The notes under the pieces are model-generated. The model was not told the DNA's origin and did not search any database. It worked only from the letters and a program-made list of their open reading frames with translations. From Hydrolagus colliei (lineage: Eukaryota): a stretch of 64,000 nucleotides of DNA. Numbering within the stretch: position 1 is the stretch's first letter; each line of letters starts with the position of its first letter. The DNA lies in the NCBI GenBank assembly GCA_035084275.1, contig CM068761.1, forward strand, positions 1,984,001-2,048,000, given 5' to 3'. Below are positions 58,740 to 64,000 of the stretch, piece after piece. A program made the translations under genes and the position numbers.

Positions 58740-59322
58740 TAGTCACACACAGCCACATACATACAACACCAACAATTTTGATTTAAATAGCGCCCTCTAC
58801 GCTGGATGGCGTCTCAGACTGCTGAGACACAGTCTCACACACACAGCCACATACATACATAGCCACTGCCACACATACACACACACACACAGCTAAACAC
58901 ACACATAACTACAACAACAACTTGGATTTATATAGCGCCCTTCATGCCGGATGGCGTCTCAGAGTGCTGAGATACAATCTCACACACAGCCAGGCACATG
59001 CACACATACAGATACATAGCCACACACATATACACAGCCACAGCTATATACACACACAAAATAACAACAACAACTTGGATTTATATAGCGCTCTCCAGAG
59101 CACTGTGAAACACAGTCTCACACACACACACACACACAGCCACACACACAGATACATAGCCACACACAGCCACACGCGTGCACACAAACACACAGCCGCA
59201 CACATACACACAGCCACATACACACACATGCGCACGTACAGCCACAAACACACACATACATTCAGCCACACACAGCTCTACACATAGCCACATACACATG
59301 CGCACACAGCCATACACACACG
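58740..59322. repeat. CA-rich tandem array containing three reverse L2 tails (about 150-bp period)
   Basis: (CAA)n-TTGGATTTATATAGCGC..CTCAGAG..GAGA(C/T)ACA(G/A)TCTCACAC recurs at about 58765, 58910 and 59062. Confidence 0.85.
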
Positions 59323-59654
59323 ATGGCAGCTGTATTGGCAGTAACCCAGGGGCTCTCTCTCCATCACTGATGTGCACCATGTCTCTGGGAAGGGAAATGA
59401 CTAAGGATTTTACTTTCTAATCTACTTCCAGTAGATTTTCCAGGCTCATCTGACCAAATAGTCATTTGAGGCAATAATATATGGATCAATTGCGGATATG
59501 TGGCAGTGAATGAAAGGTTGGAACTAGATTCAATGATTTTATTACAAAGTTGGTTCTGCTCCTTAGAAGGCAGGATCCTTTGAATATTAAATATTAAATG
59601 AAGCCACAAATTGGGCTCAGGGATTGGAAGGATTTTTACTCCACAGAACAGTAC

Positions 59655-59992
59655 ATAATAATAAAACTCTTGCAATTGATATAACGCTTTTCACGTCCTC
59701 TAGATGTCTCAAAGTGCTTCACAGAATATACTGTAAAATGAACTGACTGAATTCGATTGAATTGTGAATGAATTGTGGACGAAACACAGCAGCCAATTGC
59801 TTACAGTAAGCAGTGTCCTACAAATAGCCGTGGATTGAAGTGACCAAATTAGCATTGTTTTTTTTTTGATGCATCATATCAGTCGTGTGGAGTAAGGAAA
59901 CTTGCCCAGGGTTTTGGCCTGCCTGGAATCGAACCCGGTTTTCTCTCGCTTGTGGAGGCGAGCACTCTAACGCCTGAGGTGCAGGACTCCAC
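59655..59992 (-). mobile_element. SINE, full length
   Basis: Tail, core and head. Confidence 0.85.
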
Positions 59993-60914
59993 AGGATTCG
60001 TAGAACGGACTAGTAACTAAACAAGCCAATGCTGCATCAATGGACTGCTTCACGGGAGAATGAAGAAGGATGTGGTTGGGAACAACGATAGAGGACACAG
60101 GGTGGGTGCAGCCTGGCAATGATTACATCTTCATGTACATATGCTATCCTTTATCTCTTGTGACCTGACGTCACTCATTACTTCCTATAAAGTTTTGACC
60201 TTATCTTGTGTCTGAAACTCTCAATTCATTTGAAATAATTTCCTGACAAAGTCACTGTCACAGGTTTCAGAGTTCTGGACAGTCTGTAACACTTGTGTAG
60301 GGAACGCCTCCTCCCCACTCCCACTCTCTCTCCTCGTCTCTGTCGACCACGACGTCAACGAAAAATGGAGGGAAGAGACCAAATGAAACTGAAAACGAAC
60401 GTTAATAGAGATTCCCGCGGGCACGAAGCTGCGCCTTCTAAAGGAATACACAATATGACTCAGCATTTCTGTCCTCAATAATTACAAATACATCCAGGCT
60501 TTTCAGATGAGTTGCCTTTGCCTTGTCTGCGGTAACTTGAAGGCGTGGCTTGGATCAATTATGTGAATTAACCATCTTAACAACCACTGATTGTTGGCAT
60601 GAGTTCACTTAGTGATGGTGGTGGAAATAAAACGGAGAGAGATGGCGAACCAACAAGCCACATTGTAGAAAATCCAAACCTTTTGATGAAAGGCTTTTTT
60701 TTTCTAACAGAAAAGGCTGAAAGCCTGGCTGCCAATGGCAGGGCGGAGACATGAAGCAGGCCAGAGCCTGCGAAACGCAGACAGCGGGCAGGCCGGTGGT
60801 GGGGTGGGTTAAGCGGGTCAGAGAGGCAGGAGGGGGAACCTTGCTTTAATGTCGCATCCAAAGTACGGCACTCCTTGACAATACAGCACAACCCCCCCCC
60901 CCCCCCCCCCAGCG

Positions 60915-61037
60915 TTGCTCTGGAGTGTCAGTTTAGACCGCTGGACGGTTTAGACCCTTGTCAGTTCATGTCCAGATGTGGGATTTGAACCTAGAACCTT
61001 CCGACTCAGATGTGAGAGCGCTACCACCACTGAGCCG
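60915..61037 (-). mobile_element. Head of an older SacSINE1-like SINE (related relics near 20070, 33950, 38960, 55340)
   Basis: The reverse complement reads GGCTCAGTGGTGGTAGCGCTCTCACATCTGAGTCGGAAGGTTCTAGGTTCAAATCCCAC. Confidence 0.7.
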
Positions 61038-61799
61038 AGAAAATCGGGGTAGAGGAGAGAATTCTGTCTGACGGTGCAAGCTTGCTCGCTCCCAATGCAT
61101 TTCACATTCCTGCTTACAGCTGAGTGGAGGGCAGACTTGATGTCACATCCTCGGATACGATCCGTTAGTGCTCAGAATCTAGTTTCACCGGTTATTTTTC
61201 AAGAGTTATAAAATCACTAAATCCACTTTGAAAAATCCCCAGCCAAACTGGGACCTTTAGGTAAGATTCCCTCCCCCCCCCCCCCCCCCACCCACCTCCC
61301 ATCACTTATTTTTTGTTAACTTCACTTGTTTTTCATTAACTTTCAATTAAACACTGCGGGTAACGGGAGCAAAAGTGTTGGTGTTCGCGAATAAATATTT
61401 GCTAATAAAAAAATATCTCAAGTGAGGAATTGTGACACACAAGAACAACAAATGATATGTGTATAAAGCCTCCCATGGCCGGAGGACGTCCCAAAGTGCT
61501 AGTCATCAAGGGAAGGATTCCCTAGGGCACCTTCTCTCCACGGTTGAATTGGTTCCTTGCTCGCTCTCTTTTCCAGTCTGTTCCCGAGCTTTGGCAAAGT
61601 TCTGGCCTGTGACAGGAAGAGGACTTTGGCTCTGAAACCACTAGAGTAGGGCTGATGCGTGCATTGTGAACAGGGTCATGTTCCTAGCTCCTGGCACGGT
61701 AAGAGCTGATTCAGGCACTCTCCAAATCTCTGTTCTCTAAACCCAAACAATGCGGGTACCCGACGAATCTGAAAGCTAATGAAATAATTCAACCCGCCT

Positions 61800-61997
61800 T
61801 GTGTTCAGTTACACAATGCTCTCTGCGTGTCAGGGAAACCTGCGCTTTATTCAGCATTAATCCCGACCTATCACAATGTATCTGTGCAGAAGTTTTGTTG
61901 TAGCTATTTAACAAATAATTTTTGGCTCAGTCTCTGCTTTGGTTCTGTATAAATTCACGGGGAGACCAGCATTCTGTACTGACACGACTGGTTTCTG
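61800..61997 (+). promoter_or_regulatory. Candidate CRYBB2 promoter and very short non-coding exon 1
   Basis: TATAAAT at 61948-61954, Sox-type ACAATG at 61813 and 61873, reverse half-MARE TCAGCA with an AT-rich flank at 61851, and donor CTG|GTAAGA at 61998. Confidence 0.65.
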
Positions 61998-63113
61998 GTA
62001 AGAGCATTCACATCCAAAGCCATTCTATCTCATCTTGCTAGTCGCTTTGTAAAATTAATAGAATTTAAATGCTTTCTTTTCGGTAATATCGTAGAGTACT
62101 TGTGTCGCTTTGGATTTCCCGCTGCCTGTCATGTATTGCTTGTGTTTTCTAAGCCGCTCGAGATATGTTTTTCTAACTTTATCGCAAAAATCAACCGCAG
62201 GTGGGAAACTGATGCTGGAGTGGAATGGTGATAAGATTATTTCCACTGGTGGGCAGGACAGTAACGAGAGGGTAGACATTTAATCATAATATTAATAATA
62301 ATAATTTTTAGGGATTGCAGAAGGCTGCGATGAAAGCAAACTGTTTCATCACTGTTGACAAGGAAGGACATTTACAGCCTATGATAATAAAAGAAGTTGC
62401 AGGGTAGATACTTAAGACGAGGATGGATTGTAATGGATTCAACACAGTGAGAATTTAATGGCGAATTTCAACCTCAAAGAGAAACCGAGCAGAATTTTGC
62501 AGAGAACAGCAGATTCCTGGGAGCTGGAATTTAACCATGCGATTCCGTGATTTGTATACAGAAATAAGACAATACAGTGGAATTAATATTTTATATATAG
62601 CGCCTTTTCACGTCAGGAGAAAGTGCCTCCCGATGTTTGTGATAAATAGCAGTGATTAGTCAAAGTGTTTCAGATACTTGAATTTTAAAGCCTTCCAGCA
62701 TTTGTAGTACGTTTTGAGGTCTGTGTGTTTATTGTACTTGGCGTTTGGATGGGTTTTTGGAATAGCTACAGTGGATGCCAACGTAAAGGATCGTTGCTAG
62801 CCTGACTGATAGACTAGAAGGCGATTGTATCATTACTGAAGCGCGCTTACCCAGAAATTACTGTCAGTTGATTACCAGGCAATTCTGTTGGCAAATGATA
62901 TAACATTTGCGGTCTTGCTTGAAATATTACTGAATGAAATACAACCAAAAGGGCTTCAGTTCCATTAGCATGCACATTAAATGCCGCACATCTGTGGGAT
63001 CTCCCAATTATTGACTAACAGCTGAATTGCAAGTACTTTTGCCTGAGAAACGCTGACAGATATTAATCAGTCGTAACCAGTCATTGTGTCTTGTCGACAG
63101 AAACATAGCAATA

Positions 63114-63173
63114 ATGGCATCCGAACAGACTCCAAACCCCAAACAGCAGCCCACCTCCACAGCTGCGCACAAG
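63114..63173 (+). CDS. CRYBB2: Beta-crystallin B2, coding exon 1 (MASEQTPNPKQQPTSTAAHK)
   Basis: Acceptor GACAG| at 63100. Resembles human MASDHQTQAGKPQSLNPK. Donor AAG|GTTGGT. Confidence 0.88.
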
Positions 63174-63327
63174 GTTGGTCCTTTCTGCTCTCTTTCTTTC
63201 CCCCTCGTCCCATCACCTTTACCCCTACGTTGCTACTTCTCTGCTCTAACTGGAAGGGTCTTCGCTGTGTGTTACCCATTTGCCCCCATCAGAGCTTCAC
63301 TGCTGTGAGATGTTCTTACAAGTGGTC

Positions 63328-63600
63328 AATAATAATAATAATATTAATAATGCTTGCATTTGACATAGCGCTTTATTACATTGTTGAGACACCTCAAAGT
63401 TATATTGTATGTTTTACGGGCTAAATTGTGCACGGCAGTGCCCCATAAACAGCCGGGGGGGGGGGGGATTGAGTGACCATTTTATTACTTTTAATTTGTT
63501 TTTTGGGAGGGAATATTACAGAAAGCGATCCGCTAATCGATGGAGAACCAGGTTCCTACTTGTTGAGTGTAGAGTTAGGTTGGATCTCCACCTACCCAAT
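63328..63600 (-). mobile_element. SINE, diverged insert-bearing variant
   Basis: (AAT)n, GCATTTGACATAGCGCTTT, core remnant and AACCAGGTTCCTACT. Confidence 0.7.
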
Positions 63601-63742
63601 ACCCTTCCACCCAGCCCCTGACCATGGCCGTTGAACTCTTCACTGGCCACCACGTTTGGTAGAATTCTCAGAATAATGGGTAAAAATATCAAACCCTCGG
63701 ATTTCCCCCAACTTATTCCCATGTTGTTGCCGTTTTTTTCAG

Positions 63743-63861
63743 ATTGTTCTGTTTGAGCAGGAGAATTTTCAGGGACGTTTCCATGAGCTGAGCGGCGCCT
63801 GCCCTAATTTGAAAGAGGCCGGAATGGAGAAGATCGGTTCTCTGGTGGTGCACTGTGGACC
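63743..63861 (+). CDS. CRYBB2: Beta-crystallin B2, Greek key motif 1; the gene continues beyond the window
   Basis: [40 protein letters not shown] resembles human [33 protein letters not shown]. 119 nt, donor CC|GTGAGT. Not present in the ORF track. Confidence 0.96.
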
Positions 63862-64000
63862 GTGAGTAGTACATCAAAACTGACTCGTACACAAGACAAC
63901 ATTTAACAGGTTACCCTGCCGGACATACGAGGCTACAGGTGCAAGGGTGGGAAGGGCTAATTTTTAGGGTAGACCTAGTATATCTTTGCACACAGAGTAA

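Noticed and set aside
1-64000. CRISPR array, prokaryotic operon, viral insert or autonomous transposon
   Set aside because: No regular repeat-spacer array and no RT, transposase or viral ORF. All LINE pieces are short 3' ends.

Overview
Eukaryotic vertebrate genomic DNA, most likely from a cartilaginous fish and probably a holocephalan. This is inferred from the repeat families (tRNA-derived Deu-type SINE, shark-type CR1 and L2 tails) and from protein divergence. The + strand carries three genes in the order known from human chr22q11.23: KIAA1671 (coding exons from 22141 to about 45505, C-terminal tankyrase-binding-protein-C-type region), a complete beta-B3 crystallin (CRYBB3, 5 coding exons, 53299-57468, 223 aa), and the first two coding exons of beta-B2 crystallin (CRYBB2, from 63114, running off the window). 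Non-coding sequence is dense with more than 25 copies of one tRNA-derived SINE, 5'-truncated L2 and CR1 LINE ends, one Tigger/pogo-type MITE, micro- and minisatellites and long poly-C/G tracts. There is a 200-N assembly gap at 30527-30726. Most entries in the ORF track are spurious. I found no convincing new multi-gene system. The best leads are: (i) two or three apparent +1 frame breaks in KIAA1671, each near GCCGGGG, most likely assembly indels; (ii) a 3' stem-loop conserved with compensatory changes across three retroelement families; (iii) a possible internal promoter and alternative first exon of KIAA1671; (iv) closely spaced inverted SINE pairs; (v) degenerate hammerhead-like relics. All homology calls come from recalled sequences, not from database searches.
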